A stretch of DNA of 63,444 bases, filler included, from Corallochytrium limacisporum Hawaii (Eukaryota; Protista; Pluriformea): the NCBI GenBank assembly GCA_002811645.1. It is 6 parts of 6 records of this genome, joined end to end, with 100 filler letters (N's around TTAATTAATTAA, not from the genome) between each part and the next. Parts side by side here need not be neighbours in the genome. Positions count along the whole stretch, not along the records: positions 1 to 30,917 come from PDIP01000146.1; 5 more parts are not named here. One strand, written 5' to 3'. Below are positions 11,095-21,976 of this stretch, piece by piece. The notes below the pieces were generated by a model. That model had not been told where the DNA came from and made no database searches. It saw only the letters and a list, made by a program, of their open reading frames with translations. The translations under genes were made by a program, and so were the position numbers. Every line of letters starts with the position of its first letter. Position 1 is the stretch's first letter.

Positions 11095-11340
11095 CCGCCC
11101 GCCCCGGGAAGGGCGGGGGCCCGTGGAGAACCCCCCCCCCGGGGGGGGGTCGAGGTGTCCCAAACTCTCGCTCTCTCTCTCTCTGTGTTTTTTTCCCGGC
11201 AGTGATAAATTCCTGTTTCTTGGTTCTCATTTTGGTCAAACCTTTGTCTTTGTCGCTCCGGTGTTCTGTGAGCGAAAGGGGGGGGGGAAATCACTCGCTT
11301 GGTCAAAGCACCCCGGAAAAAAGGGGGGGGTCCGGTGAGG
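11095..11340. promoter_or_regulatory. GC-rich poly-C/poly-G island in the divergent GST-like/RTEL1 spacer
   Basis: C10G9 self-complementary tract at 11131-11149 plus several G/C runs. Similar islands occur in every head-to-head spacer of scaffold 1. A regulatory role is inferred. Confidence 0.45.
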
Positions 11341-11737
11341 ATCACCCGAGCCCATGTGCCTGATCCAAAGTAATCAAGAAAATCAACAAATTACAAAGGT
11401 ATTTTATTATGGCATACAAAATAGTAACAATGTGGCGCATACTTCTGATTGGGTCTTGGACCGCCCTTGGCTGCGCGAAATTGAGGACTGTCCCAGAAAT
11501 ACTTTGTCGGTCGCACCACGGTACATTTACTACTGATGCAGATCTGAATCGCCGTTATTGGTCTCTCCTTGGACTCTCCCCATCACTGGTGCCATACATT
11601 TTGCCCTGCGGAGCTCCGAACATTTTCTTTTTTGGTCCGAATCACCAAACCTCTTCCCTTCCCCCTCTCCCCCTCTCGTCTTTTCTCCGCCGAGTAAAAG
11701 AATTTCCTTGGGTGTTTTTATATAGGGAGCACACGCG

Positions 11738-12731
11738 CAAACAAATTTTCTTTTTTTTCTCTCTTACGCTCCTTCTTCTCTTTTCTGTTTTGTTTCCATT
11801 GGTACTAGCACACGCGCCCGGTGGGGAGGGGATGCAGGACATCCCTGGGGGGTTGGGAGGAGGAGAAGACGAAAAAGTCCGTTGCCGATGGACACACAGG
11901 AAGAACGTCCTAGGTCCGGGCACCCACGGAGAGAGAGAGAGAGACAGAGAGAAAGAAAGAAAGAAAGGAGGCTGGGGGGGAGAGGGGGTGTCAGAGGAAC
12001 GGCAGCGCTTCAGTCTCGTTTTCGGGGGGTTTTTGCATTTCTTGGGGTCTGCGTGAAGGACAAAACGGCAGAGTGAGAGTGATCGATCGACAGTGCGTTA
12101 CGACCTTAAACGACGGCGGGCGGCCTGTTGCTCCGTACTAAACCACGGAGGGACGCACTGCACTCTCTCGCTTTTCCTCCCTGCGGTGCGCGCGCCTGAG
12201 AGCTCTCAAGAGATCCAGAGACCGCCGCGGGGGGGGGGAGGGGTTGGCCACGAGAAAAAGTTTGATCCTCTTGCCCTGATTTGTGTACGGAAAAGAGAAC
12301 TTTGGCCGCCGAGAAAAAAAACATTTTTTTCCAAAGCGAATGAAAAGGTGTCAAAAAAAGAAAGCTTTCGGCAAAGAACGTAAAAAAATCAAAAAAAAGG
12401 ACGAAAGAAAGAAAAAAAAGTATCCTTTCTACCTTTGGTGAAAGTTCTTTTCTGCGGCTTTGATTTTCTTTCCCCTCTTTTCTTTTCGCCTGGTGCAAAG
12501 ACCCTGCGGCGGACGCGGCGGGTTTGGGGGATCATCTTGCGTGTGTGTGTATTCGTGAGAACAAAATTCCATACTAAATGCATCCTACCACGGTTGCTGA
12601 TCGTTGGTGGAATCCTTGTCCCTCCCCCTTCTCCTCCTTTGTCACCTGCTTGCGTTGGTGGTTGAGTGTGTGGAAGCGAAACAGAAAAGAGAAGAAGGAG
12701 CGTAAGAGAGAAAAAAAAGAAAATTTGTTTG
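11738..12731. repeat. Perfect 53-bp inverted repeat pair (11738-11790 and 12679-12731)
   Basis: CAAACAAATTTTC...TTTTCTGTTT and its exact reverse complement. The second arm abuts an N gap. Confidence 0.85.
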
Positions 12732-13573
12732 NNNNNNNNNNNNNNNNNNNNNNNNNNNNNNNNNNNNNNNNNNNNNNNNNNNNNNNNNNNNNNNNNNNNN
12801 NNNNNNNNNNNNNNNNNNNNNNNNNNNNNNNNNNNNNNNNNNNNNNNNNNNNNNNNNNNNNNNNNNNNNNNNNNNNNNNNNNNNNNNNNNNNNNNNNNNN
12901 NNNNNNNNNNNNNNNNNNNNNNNNNNNNNNNNNNNNNNNNNNNNNNNNNNNNNNNNNNNNNNNNNNNNNNNNNNNNNNNNNNNNNNNNNNNNNGGGGGGG
13001 GAAAAGGAGAGACTCGCCCAGCGGGGGCAATGGGGAATTGGTACACAGAGAAAGCGAAGAAACGAAAGGGATCTGAGTATAAAGTAAAGACGTTCGCTTC
13101 GCCGACTCTCGCTCTCGGTCAGCCACGATACCGCGGGCATGGCACGACTCCTGCGCAGCACACTGGATTTGGTGCGAAGAGATTCGTAAGTTCAGCTGAT
13201 GTTGGTCGGTCCTGGGATGAAGTACCCGGGGTCCATGGTCGAGGGATCTGTCGGCATCATGCGCTCTTGCTTGCCCAGGTGATGGAGACATCCCTTTCCA
13301 ACTCACAGTTGGATGTCTACCTCGCTGTGCCACACGTCGGTGCATGATCATCCCTTACCCCGAAAGCAGAGAGAACCGTAACCCTCGTCTTGTGGCTTTA
13401 GCAAATCAATAATTCCGCGCTCTCAAAGGTGGAGATCCCGTGCGGTCTCGATTCTTCTGGGGGGGGCGGGCCCCCGGGGGGGGGTGTGGTACCTACGCCA
13501 CGTAACCCGGGCCTTCCCATCCCTGGTGGCATTGCTTTCGGTCTCACATAGTGATTGTATGGACCGCGATTCG

Positions 13574-13583
13574 GGCGCGAAAA
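13574..13583 (+). promoter_or_regulatory. E2F-like site GGCGCGAAAA upstream of RTEL1
   Basis: Matches TTTSSCGC on the minus strand, ~180 bp before the ATG. The identical 10-mer lies upstream of HUS1. Confidence 0.5.
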
Positions 13584-13764
13584 TCTCAGAATAGGTGGAG
13601 AGAGAAGGGGGAAGGGGTGATCCGGAGAGGGTACTTCTCAGACCGTGAGCTCAGGCCGCTGACCATGCAGTAAGCCTTGGCGCTTCAACAAGGGGCATCA
13701 GAGGAGGACTTCTGGGAAATATCGTTGTAGTTTCAGGTGACAGTGATGCAAATATGGATATATT

Positions 13765-16700
13765 ATGACCACAGTAGCAAACATCAATGGCCTCGAAGTG
13801 GCCTTTCCATTCCAACCGTATCGATGTCAGTCCATTTACATGGAGAAGGTGATCACGGCACTTCAAAATGGTCAAAATGCCTTGCTTGAGTCGCCTACGG
13901 GTACCGGAAAAACGCTAAGTTTACTATGTGCAACCTTGGAATGGAGACGGCAGAGGAAAATTCTTGCTGAATTTGTGAAGACACAGCATTTGGACGCAGC
14001 AAATCTGTCACCGGAGCAGCTAATCGCCAGGGGTGTGCCTCAGTCCCTTCTGGATGTGTGCGGTCTTATCAAGCAATCGAGAGATGCTCATGGTTTTCTT
14101 ATGGAGGTGCCACGCATCATTTATGCTTCCCGCACTCACTCGCAGTTGGCACAGGTCTGCAAGGAACTGCGGCGCACAGGACACGATGTAAATGTGATCA
14201 CGCTGGCCAGTCGGGGAAATTATTGTGTCCACGAAACTATTTCCAAATCCCAGGGAGCAAGACTCAAAAATCAATGTCGGATGGCATGCAAGACACGCAG
14301 TTGTGAGAATTTCGTTAATGTCGAGAAATTCGCGGGAACGAAGCAGATTAAGAAGCCAGAGCGGATCATGGACATTGAAGAATTGCGGGTACATGGCTCG
14401 CAGAAGAAGATGTGCCCGTATTACTTGACCAAAGAATGGCAGGCTGAGGCGGATGTCATCTTGATGCCGTACAACTATCTCACGGATCCGAATGTATCTG
14501 AGTTCCAAAAGATAGATCTTCACAACGCGGTGGTCATCATTGATGAGGCCCACAACATTGAGAGTCAGGCCCAAGACGCCATCTCAACAACCTTCAATCG
14601 CCGTCTTCTGGATTCCATAATTCGTGCATTGCATGACTTGGACGCGTATCACGGTGCCTTCACCGTTGAAGATTTTCTTGTTCAGAACAGGACATACATT
14701 TTGCAGTTGATCGAAGATTTGGTTCACCTACGTGCCGATTTCATAAACATCGAATCAGGGCTTGACCTAGACAAACCGTCAATCAAGGCCGGCATGGATT
14801 TTCCAGACCTCCTTCAGAAACATCTCAAATTTGGAAACGCGGATCAGTTCAAGAACTTGTTGAACATCCTCACAAAGTGCGGGCTCAAGGCTGAAGCAAT
14901 GCGCCGAAACGGGCATGTGATTGGGGTGGCCAAGGGTGATGGCTACGTTGGCGCAGCTGAGGCATTCGAGACATACCGAACACTCTTGCAGACTGTGTGT
15001 ATTGTCGATGGTGTTGGTGAGACGAAGATCAGCACGACACGCCAGATGGAAATGCGCCAAAGCTTCTTCAGGTCAATCTACACAAGAGTGCAAGCTGGCA
15101 AGCCCAGCGATACGGATGCCAGTGACTTACAGATCAACTATTGGTGCTTCAGTGCCGCCCCGTCCATGAATCGTCTGGTTGACGGTGGTATCCATTCCCT
15201 CATTCTGACATCTGGAACGTTGTCTCCCATGGACGGCCTCATCAGCCAACTTGGAGTTGAGTTCCCCATCACATTGCAAGGGTCGCATGTCATCAGCTCT
15301 GACCAGTGTCCTGTGGCTGTGTTGACCAAGGGTCCAGGGCAACAGATGTTAAAGAGCACGTATGAGAATCGCAGCAATCGCAAGTACATCAGCGACCTGG
15401 GAATGAGTATCTATAATTTCATTCTCGGCATCCCCAATGGTGTATTGGTTTTCTTTGCCTCCAAGACAGCCATGGACGGGTGCATCGAGCAATGGAAGAG
15501 TTACACACCTGGAAGGCAGGACACGATATGGAATAGTATCGCGAGGAAGAAAACTGTCTTCGTTGAACCAAGGTCGGCCAATGAAAGCAAAGATGTTGTG
15601 GACGAATTCAAGAAATGCGCGGAGAACGACACAGGCAATGGAGCAATTCTCTTTTGTGTGTGCCGTGGGCGTTTGAGCGAGGGAGTCGATTTCGCGGACA
15701 AGCATGCCCGGGCAGTGATCATTACCGGCATCCCGTACCCGCCGCTTTATGATCTCCGCACGAAGATGAAAAGGGAGTGCCTCGACCTGTGGAGAAGGGA
15801 GGGTTATAAATGTCTCTCTGGCACAGAATGGTATTCTCAGGAGGCGTTTCGCGCCACAAACCAGGCCATCGGGCGCGTGATTCGGCATCGATATGATTTT
15901 GGTGCTGTGCTTTTGCTCGACGAGCGCTTTTCTGGCCGTGCTCGCCTGGAATTGCCTGCGTGGATCGCTGGCAAGGAGGTGATCTATGAAAATTTTGGCC
16001 CTGCCGTGGCAAGGCTCCGTCATTTCTTCAGGGACATGAATGAAAAGTCACAAGAGCTTGAGATTCCATCTCTGCCCGCTCAAAAGACTGACCAGGAAAC
16101 GGCTATGCGAGAAAAAGTGATGAAGGTGAAGGCAGCAAATTTCTGGACTATGATCAAAGAGTCGATGGGACCGGAGGCTAAAGTGGCCATTAAGAAGGGC
16201 TTGGCAGAGTACCACAAGAACCAGGACAATGCCGTGCTCAAGAACATGCTCGTTGAACAATTCTCCAAGCGACTGTTCCTGCCTATCCTGTCCACACTGA
16301 AGACATACCTTCCGAAGACAGCCGAAGACATCGTCAATGCTCACAGCGCCGAGGTTCTGTCGCAGACAAAGCGAAGCAGCCAGAGCAGCACGGCCAAGGC
16401 CACCCAAGAGTCTACTGAAGGGACCAAGTCGCCCGGTCAGAAGCCCATCAAGCGCCCGCTCGAGCGCAGTAGCCAAGAGAATGTGCTTAGGGCAATTAGT
16501 CAGAATGAGCAGAAGCCAAAGCAAGAAACTTCCGAGACCACTGTGCCTCCAACTAAGAAGCCGAAGACATCAGCTCCGAAGGCGACTGAAACGTCCCTGT
16601 CCAAGAGTCCGACAAAGGAAGCAGCCATGTGTGTGTTATGTGAAAGGAAAGCCAACACACCGTGGGTCGCTCCCTGCAGCCATCGCGGATGCTATGCGTG

Positions 16701-16815
16701 CTGGCTCAAGCGCATCAACGAGGACAAACGCAAGAAGAAAACACCCCTGTGCCCGGCGGAAGGCTGCAAGCAACCCATCGCAAAGAAGACGCTGCGCAAG
16801 ATCTATCATGCCTGA
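13765..16815 (+). CDS. RTEL1: RTEL1-like Fe-S DEAH DNA helicase with harmonin-homology domain and C-terminal RING finger
   Basis: 1016 aa. FPFQPY Q-motif, ESPTGTGKT, YASRTHSQL, Fe-S cysteines including CPYY, DEAH, LTSGTLSP, RGRLSEGVDFAD, NQAIGRVIRHRYDFG. A helical HHD-like segment (AANFWTMIKESM...LKTYLP) is followed by a C3HC4-type RING. Confidence 0.9.
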   Translation: MTTVANINGLEVAFPFQPYRCQSIYMEKVITALQNGQNALLESPTGTGKTLSLLCATLEWRRQRKILAEFVKTQHLDAANLSPEQLIARGVPQSLLDVCGLIKQSRDAHGFLMEVPRIIYASRTHSQLAQVCKELRRTGHDVNVITLASRGNYCVHETISKSQGARLKNQCRMACKTRSCENFVNVEKFAGTKQIKKPERIMDIEELRVHGSQKKMCPYYLTKEWQAEADVILMPYNYLTDPNVSEFQKIDLHNAVVIIDEAHNIESQAQDAISTTFNRRLLDSIIRALHDLDAYHGAFTVEDFLVQNRTYILQLIEDLVHLRADFINIESGLDLDKPSIKAGMDFPDLLQKHLKFGNADQFKNLLNILTKCGLKAEAMRRNGHVIGVAKGDGYVGAAEAFETYRTLLQTVCIVDGVGETKISTTRQMEMRQSFFRSIYTRVQAGKPSDTDASDLQINYWCFSAAPSMNRLVDGGIHSLILTSGTLSPMDGLISQLGVEFPITLQGSHVISSDQCPVAVLTKGPGQQMLKSTYENRSNRKYISDLGMSIYNFILGIPNGVLVFFASKTAMDGCIEQWKSYTPGRQDTIWNSIARKKTVFVEPRSANESKDVVDEFKKCAENDTGNGAILFCVCRGRLSEGVDFADKHARAVIITGIPYPPLYDLRTKMKRECLDLWRREGYKCLSGTEWYSQEAFRATNQAIGRVIRHRYDFGAVLLLDERFSGRARLELPAWIAGKEVIYENFGPAVARLRHFFRDMNEKSQELEIPSLPAQKTDQETAMREKVMKVKAANFWTMIKESMGPEAKVAIKKGLAEYHKNQDNAVLKNMLVEQFSKRLFLPILSTLKTYLPKTAEDIVNAHSAEVLSQTKRSSQSSTAKATQESTEGTKSPGQKPIKRPLERSSQENVLRAISQNEQKPKQETSETTVPPTKKPKTSAPKATETSLSKSPTKEAAMCVLCERKANTPWVAPCSHRGCYACWLKRINEDKRKKKTPLCPAEGCKQPIAKKTLRKIYHA

Positions 16816-16900
16816 ACCACTGCACAGTAAAATACATGTCAGATCATGTTGTAAAGTAATTACAGTGGTTTTTTTAATAAAATTAGTGGTTCATTCGCTC

Positions 16901-17713
16901 TCAAACCGGAGGCCCAAGATCATCAGCAATCATTGCCAATGCATTCCTGCCTCCGAACAGACGCCTGCGCTTCTCAGGTTGGGTCATTGCCTTAGCAGGC
17001 TGCGCCACAGGCTGTGCCACAGGCAGTTCCGGCACGGGTGACTTCACAGCAGCCACAGCCGCCTCCTTGCCAGAGTTCTTGTTGTTGCCCACCTCCTGCA
17101 GAGCTCTCCGCTGGTGGTTGATGAGTCCCCGTGGTCTGTGCTGCACCAACTCCGGGCTGGACGCCGGTTCCGGCACGGGAGGAGCAGGGCGAGGGGACGC
17201 TGCCTTTTGCTTCTGCACGGCGGCCGTAGTAGGCTTCGTACCGCTGCCAATTTCCGTAGTGACCAAGGCATTTACAATTTCGTCCTCGGATAGAGTTGAT
17301 CGATTCTGTGCCCGAGGCTGTCGTTTCTGCGCCGGTGACTTCTTCTTCCTTGGTACCGGCGTCTTTTTCTTGGGTGCTGCAGCTGCCACTGACTTCTTGG
17401 TTGGCTTGGGCAAGGCTGGAGGCTTGTTCGCAGCGGGTAGACCATGTTTCTGTCTGATCTGGTTCACTTGCATCATAAGCTGAGCGTCAGTGCGCTTTTC
17501 TGCCGCCTTCTCTAAACGTTGAATGCGCTCAGTTAGACCCCCGACGGTTTTAGATTGCATGTATGCAAACTGAAAGTTCTGCTCAGCCGTAGCAAAAGAG
17601 GTAATACCGTTATTGAATTGGCTTCGAGCATTTCTGTATGCCATGCTGTTCATAAGAGATCCTAATCCAGCAGCAAAGACTACGTCCTCCTCCAGGTGTG
17701 TCGCGGGTGCCAT
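16901..17713 (-). CDS. Hypothetical protein (~270 aa): N-terminal helical/coiled-coil region, basic Pro/Lys-rich disordered tail, D-box
   Basis: First ATG at 17713 (the ORF track starts at a GTG). Converges on RTEL1 with an 85-bp gap. RRALQEVGN fits RxxLxxxxN. Confidence 0.72.
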   Translation of the reverse strand: MAPATHLEEDVVFAAGLGSLMNSMAYRNARSQFNNGITSFATAEQNFQFAYMQSKTVGGLTERIQRLEKAAEKRTDAQLMMQVNQIRQKHGLPAANKPPALPKPTKKSVAAAAPKKKTPVPRKKKSPAQKRQPRAQNRSTLSEDEIVNALVTTEIGSGTKPTTAAVQKQKAASPRPAPPVPEPASSPELVQHRPRGLINHQRRALQEVGNNKNSGKEAAVAAVKSPVPELPVAQPVAQPAKAMTQPEKRRRLFGGRNALAMIADDLGPPV

Positions 17714-17851
17714 GATTGTGCGTTTGGTCTCCACCGAATAAACCGCGTTAACCTGTCTCGCGAATAGATTTCCACTAAATTCAAGTCTGAACTTGATACG
17801 TTAACTAAAGTTACGCTGTAATGGTGCTTAAGTACATACTCGAGTCTGCTT

Positions 17852-17956
17852 TTTGGCGCTCTTCCTTGGGTTGCCGCTCCCGCAGCTTGACGCCCCGGGA
17901 GCTCCACTCCGCTCCGTTCTTCCTTTCGCACCGGTTTCGATTGGTTCCCGCCAAAA
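17852..17956. promoter_or_regulatory. Two E2F-like sites (TTTGGCGC 17852-17859; TTCCCGCCAAAA 17945-17956) in a divergent promoter
   Basis: Consensus matches between two head-to-head genes, next to a C/G-run island at 17985-18370. Confidence 0.5.
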
Positions 17957-18493
17957 ATTTTTCTCCTTGACTGGAGCAGCAGCGCCCGGCCCCCCCCCGC
18001 CGGGGGGGGGCCGACCGGGTTACCTACGTCAACAGTGCATTGCAAAATGGAACCCCCCTCGGGGGCCCCTTACACGGGACAGCCCCGGCATAGGAGAAAG
18101 TTGGCGGTAGAAGAGGCGGGTCGATCTGGCCCCCCCCCGTTGGAAAAGCAGGGAGGGGAAGTGAGAGAGGAAATACCTACCCTGTACTCTTCATAGAAAC
18201 TGGTACTAAACTGATGCCCTCATTCGCTAATAACAGCCGTGGCAAGGGAGGGAAAGCACCCCGTGTCAACCCCGCTTAGGGGGAAAGGGGGGGGGAGGGG
18301 CGGGTTTGGTGGGGTGGAGGAAGCGGACTGGGGCTTGGGCCGGCCAGTGAGACCGGCGGGGTCTCATGCCCGGTCTCGGCATAGTTTCAGGTGTTTCAGG
18401 GCATTGGGCAAGTTCCAAGGACATTTGCTTGACAGAAATCCATAGAAGCGAAATTGAAAGGGAAGATGTAGTAAAGTTCACCACCGTTCAACC

Positions 18494-19756
18494 ATGGATG
18501 ATCCTGAGACAGATAGCGGGCAGAACAGCCTGACTGCGTTAAAAGATTTGCAGAGACGTAAGTATCCAGAACAATATCACTCATGACATGCTGTGACGAT
18601 GTGCACATCCTAACAAGCTCCAACCACAGAGCAACGTGAGCAAAGGGAACAACTGACTGATCTCAATATCGCCATCGCCAAAAAGAGGGATAAAGTGGCA
18701 AGACTGCAAAGCGACTTAAAGGCAGCTGAACAAAGACGATATGCTGAGCGTTCCGCCAAGTATAGAACTACAGACGCCATCCATCAGGAGACAAAGAGCC
18801 TGTACCAGTTTGACCGTCGACTACGGGAGAAAACTGCCGCGATTCAAGCTCATCAAAATGAATTACGACACAGGATCAATACTTTGGGAGAGACCAAAGC
18901 CCATTTGTTGCGGCGTGGTGGCATTTGTGAGTCTATAGGCCAGTTCAAGAGGACTTACGAGATCACGAACTCGCCCAGAAACAGATCAACAATCGAGAAG
19001 TACTGCCATGTTCAGCGAATTGATACACCATTCAGGTATTTGGATGACTGCTTGCATGCCGTGAAGCAGTTTGGTGCAAGTCAAGTTTGGGAAGGTGCGC
19101 TAGACCTTTTTGATCGCCATGTCGAGGTGATGACTAATGGTCTTGAACGGTCCCTATACGTGGTCGAAGAACGATTGAAGCAGCGGTTTGCCTTCCAAAG
19201 ACCTGTCTCACGGAAATACAAGGAAGATGTGCCAATAAGTACCTCAACTGAGCAAGGCACTTCTCTCAAGCCGCACCAAGAAAAGATCACCGGGTTCGAA
19301 AAATCTTGCAAAGGCAGCCCAAGTCAACACTCAACGAACACAGATGTTCCAAGAGACACAAGACTTGGTACTCCCAAGTCGACAAAACGGGCTGCACCAT
19401 CAAGTGATGAATCCGATCTGGCGGGTCCCGAGCGACCGCATCATTCCCCAGAGCATTCGAACTCTGTGGCGAAGAATCATGTGCAGAATGTCACGGAAAG
19501 CAGAATGAGGCGCCCCCTTGCTCCACTTCAGTCTAATATCGCGAGACCAAAGGCAAAGGCCCTACGGAAGAAGTTAACAACTTCACAAGGAGAGATTGAT
19601 CGCAAGAGAGGCAAGGAAGGGGACTCAATGGTCAATCTTGAAGATTCGGATGATGAAGACGGCACCAAGGAATTGGCTGCCATGTTTGCAGACAATGAGG
19701 AAGAGGACATGGCAAACGCTCTTCGTGACATCGACATTTCTCACAACATCTTTTAG
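18494..19756 (+). CDS. Hypothetical coiled-coil protein (~396 aa), two exons (18494-18557, 18630-19756)
   Basis: accATGg start at 18494. The 72-nt intron 18558-18629 has a GTAAGT donor, CCTAAC branch point and CACAG acceptor, and splices in frame to the 353-aa ORF. N-terminal heptads, D-box-like RRPLAPLQSN, acidic C-terminus. Confidence 0.78.
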
Positions 19757-19791
19757 ATACTTTGATTCTTTATACTCTTTCTGCACAAATT

Positions 19792-20493
19792 TCACCGTTG
19801 AGACCAGGCGCTGATAGACTGCTGTTCTCCCTGCAGCAACTCACGCGCATCATCCTTGTAGACCTTTGCCTTTTCCTTGTCTTGGGCTACCCCTTCGCCT
19901 TTTTCCAACATGCGTCCAGCATTGGCACATCCCCAAGGATGTCGTTCTTTACAGGCTTTCTCTGCGTAGATGAATGCTTTGGACATGTCCTTATCAACTA
20001 GTTTCCCCTGCAAATAAAGAGAACTGAGGTTGAAACATCCATTCGCTGACGACCCCTTGCAAGCCAGTTCAAACATTGCAATCGATTTGTTGATGTCCTT
20101 CTCAACCCCACGTCCATTCTTGTAAAGCAACCCCAGATTATTGCAGGCATCAGGAACGCCCATGTTGCAACTCTTCTTCATAAGCTTGGCTGCAAGCTCC
20201 TCATCCTTCTCAAGCCCCTTTAGTCCAGCCTTTCCTCTAAAGTACAGAATAGCGAGAGTAAAGCAACTGTTTGCATGACCCTGTTTGCAATTCTGGTCAT
20301 ACAGATCCCTGGCAGCCAAGAAGTCCTTTTCAACCGTCAAAAAGAAATCTGCAAGTTGATGGCATGCAGTAGGGCGCTTGAGTTCGTAGCAGTCTTGTTT
20401 GTGAATCTCTGCGATCTCTCGGAAGAATGCAGTGGCATCTCCTTCGAATTCTGTTTCAACCTTACCGGTTGACTGTGTCTGCGTTTCCTCCAT
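19792..20493 (-). CDS. COA7: Cytochrome c oxidase assembly factor 7-like Sel1-repeat protein
   Basis: 233 aa with Cys-paired Sel1 repeats (ACNNLGLLYKNGRGVEKD, GCFNLSSLY, WGCANAGRMLEKGEGV) and a COA7-type N-terminus (CYELKRPTACHQLADF). Confidence 0.8.
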   Translation of the reverse strand: MEETQTQSTGKVETEFEGDATAFFREIAEIHKQDCYELKRPTACHQLADFFLTVEKDFLAARDLYDQNCKQGHANSCFTLAILYFRGKAGLKGLEKDEELAAKLMKKSCNMGVPDACNNLGLLYKNGRGVEKDINKSIAMFELACKGSSANGCFNLSSLYLQGKLVDKDMSKAFIYAEKACKERHPWGCANAGRMLEKGEGVAQDKEKAKVYKDDARELLQGEQQSISAWSQR

Positions 20494-21395
20494 GGTGCAT
20501 ATATAGCACGGCGCTTATAGTCGAACGCTATTGAACAACCGTAAAACTCCTGGTTTGGAACAGTCTCCGAGGCTCACTCAAGTAGCACACGTTGGAGCCC
20601 AGAAACAGCCGGCATCGTCCCTTGCCGTCCCCTCCGACCCAGCAAGGCAATGTGTGCGCACTTGCATTTCCTTTGAATCTAAAGATGTCAATCAAACCCA
20701 TTCTAATATATATATAAATGATTTCTGTCCACAATAAACTTGTTGATTGAAATCGTAAAATGCTGTATAAATGAGGCCAATGCAAAATATGATTCGAGTG
20801 ATTTACATCTAGTGAGGTGCGGAGGATTTCTCCCCGTCCTTCGGCGCCCGCCTAGGCCCCACCTTGCCTTCGGCACCTCAGTTTTCTATGTCGGCCGAAG
20901 TGGCCAAGAAAGACTGAAATCTCTTCAGCGGCAAAGACTCTCTCAAAAGCCATGGAATGGGAACAAAGGCCGAGGGAAGGGGGGGTTGTCCCATGAACAA
21001 ATTTGAAGCGCAGAGACCAAGGAAATCAACGTTTGATCCTGCTGGCATTTCGTTCTCCGCAAGGGTTATTTTTTTTCTTGCAAATTTTGATCTCCTCCTA
21101 AGTGTGAGCAAGGTGAGGAACGCGGAGTGGGCCAGGACTTTTCCGTACGGCACCGGATCTCGCATTTGGTGCTGGGAGAGGGGGGACCCTCCCCTCCCTA
21201 ACCCCCAAGAAAACAGGCGCAAAACCAGCGGGGGTCCGGGGCCGACGGAACGCAAGACCGCAGGAGTATTTCAGAAAGGACATCAACGCATGCTTGTCTC
21301 GTGACGCTTGTCATTGAAGTAATTCACTAATTCTCATCCCTAACAGATAGTCAATAATCTACGGAATAGCGGTAACGGTAAAATAAGTAGCCAGT

Positions 21396-21887
21396 ATGGA
21401 TCCCTTTGGCACTCAAGCTGTTGCTTCTATGCACCAGTCTTTCACACCACACACTGGCACACTCTGCAGTCGCTGCAATCAGCCCGGCGGATCCTTTGAA
21501 TGTGCAGGACGCTGCGGAAGCATGTATCATCCTCAGTGTTTGACCCAAATGGGTGTCGGTCAGCAATTTTTGTGCACGTCTTGTGTGAAGGACGGCGTTC
21601 GGGCAGGTCCCGTCGATCCCTCCACACTGCGGCGTCAGGTGTTTTTAACAGAATGGGCATTGCAGACCGAGGCAGGTCATCTTGAAACAGAACATAGCAG
21701 ACTCCAGAACGAAGTCAGTCAGCTGTCCACACAAATGCAATTATTAAGCAGTGAGGCACTGACCTTAAAGAAGGCAATGGATCGGCACAGGGAATGTGCA
21801 CAGGACCCAGACACATACATGAAAAACTTGGCACGTCTTGTTCTGGACATTGCTGATCTTACAGGAGCAGAGAATGCGCAAGGCTAG
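21396..21887 (+). CDS. Small PHD-finger protein with C-terminal coiled coil
   Basis: 163 aa. C4HC3 spacing CSRC..CAGRC..YHPQC..FLCTSC followed by heptad repeats. Confidence 0.8.
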   Translation: MDPFGTQAVASMHQSFTPHTGTLCSRCNQPGGSFECAGRCGSMYHPQCLTQMGVGQQFLCTSCVKDGVRAGPVDPSTLRRQVFLTEWALQTEAGHLETEHSRLQNEVSQLSTQMQLLSSEALTLKKAMDRHRECAQDPDTYMKNLARLVLDIADLTGAENAQG

Positions 21888-21976
21888 GTTTCAAAAGTAC
21901 ATGGAAAAAGTACACTTAGAACTAATAAACTTTAAGTATATATGTATATGTATACTTTATCAACGTACACATCCCT

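Noticed and set aside
10975-13351. Long ORFs in low-complexity or N-containing regions (also 25925-26749 and 46123-46816)
   Set aside because: Products of homopolymer or microsatellite tracts and N runs; no protein-like composition.
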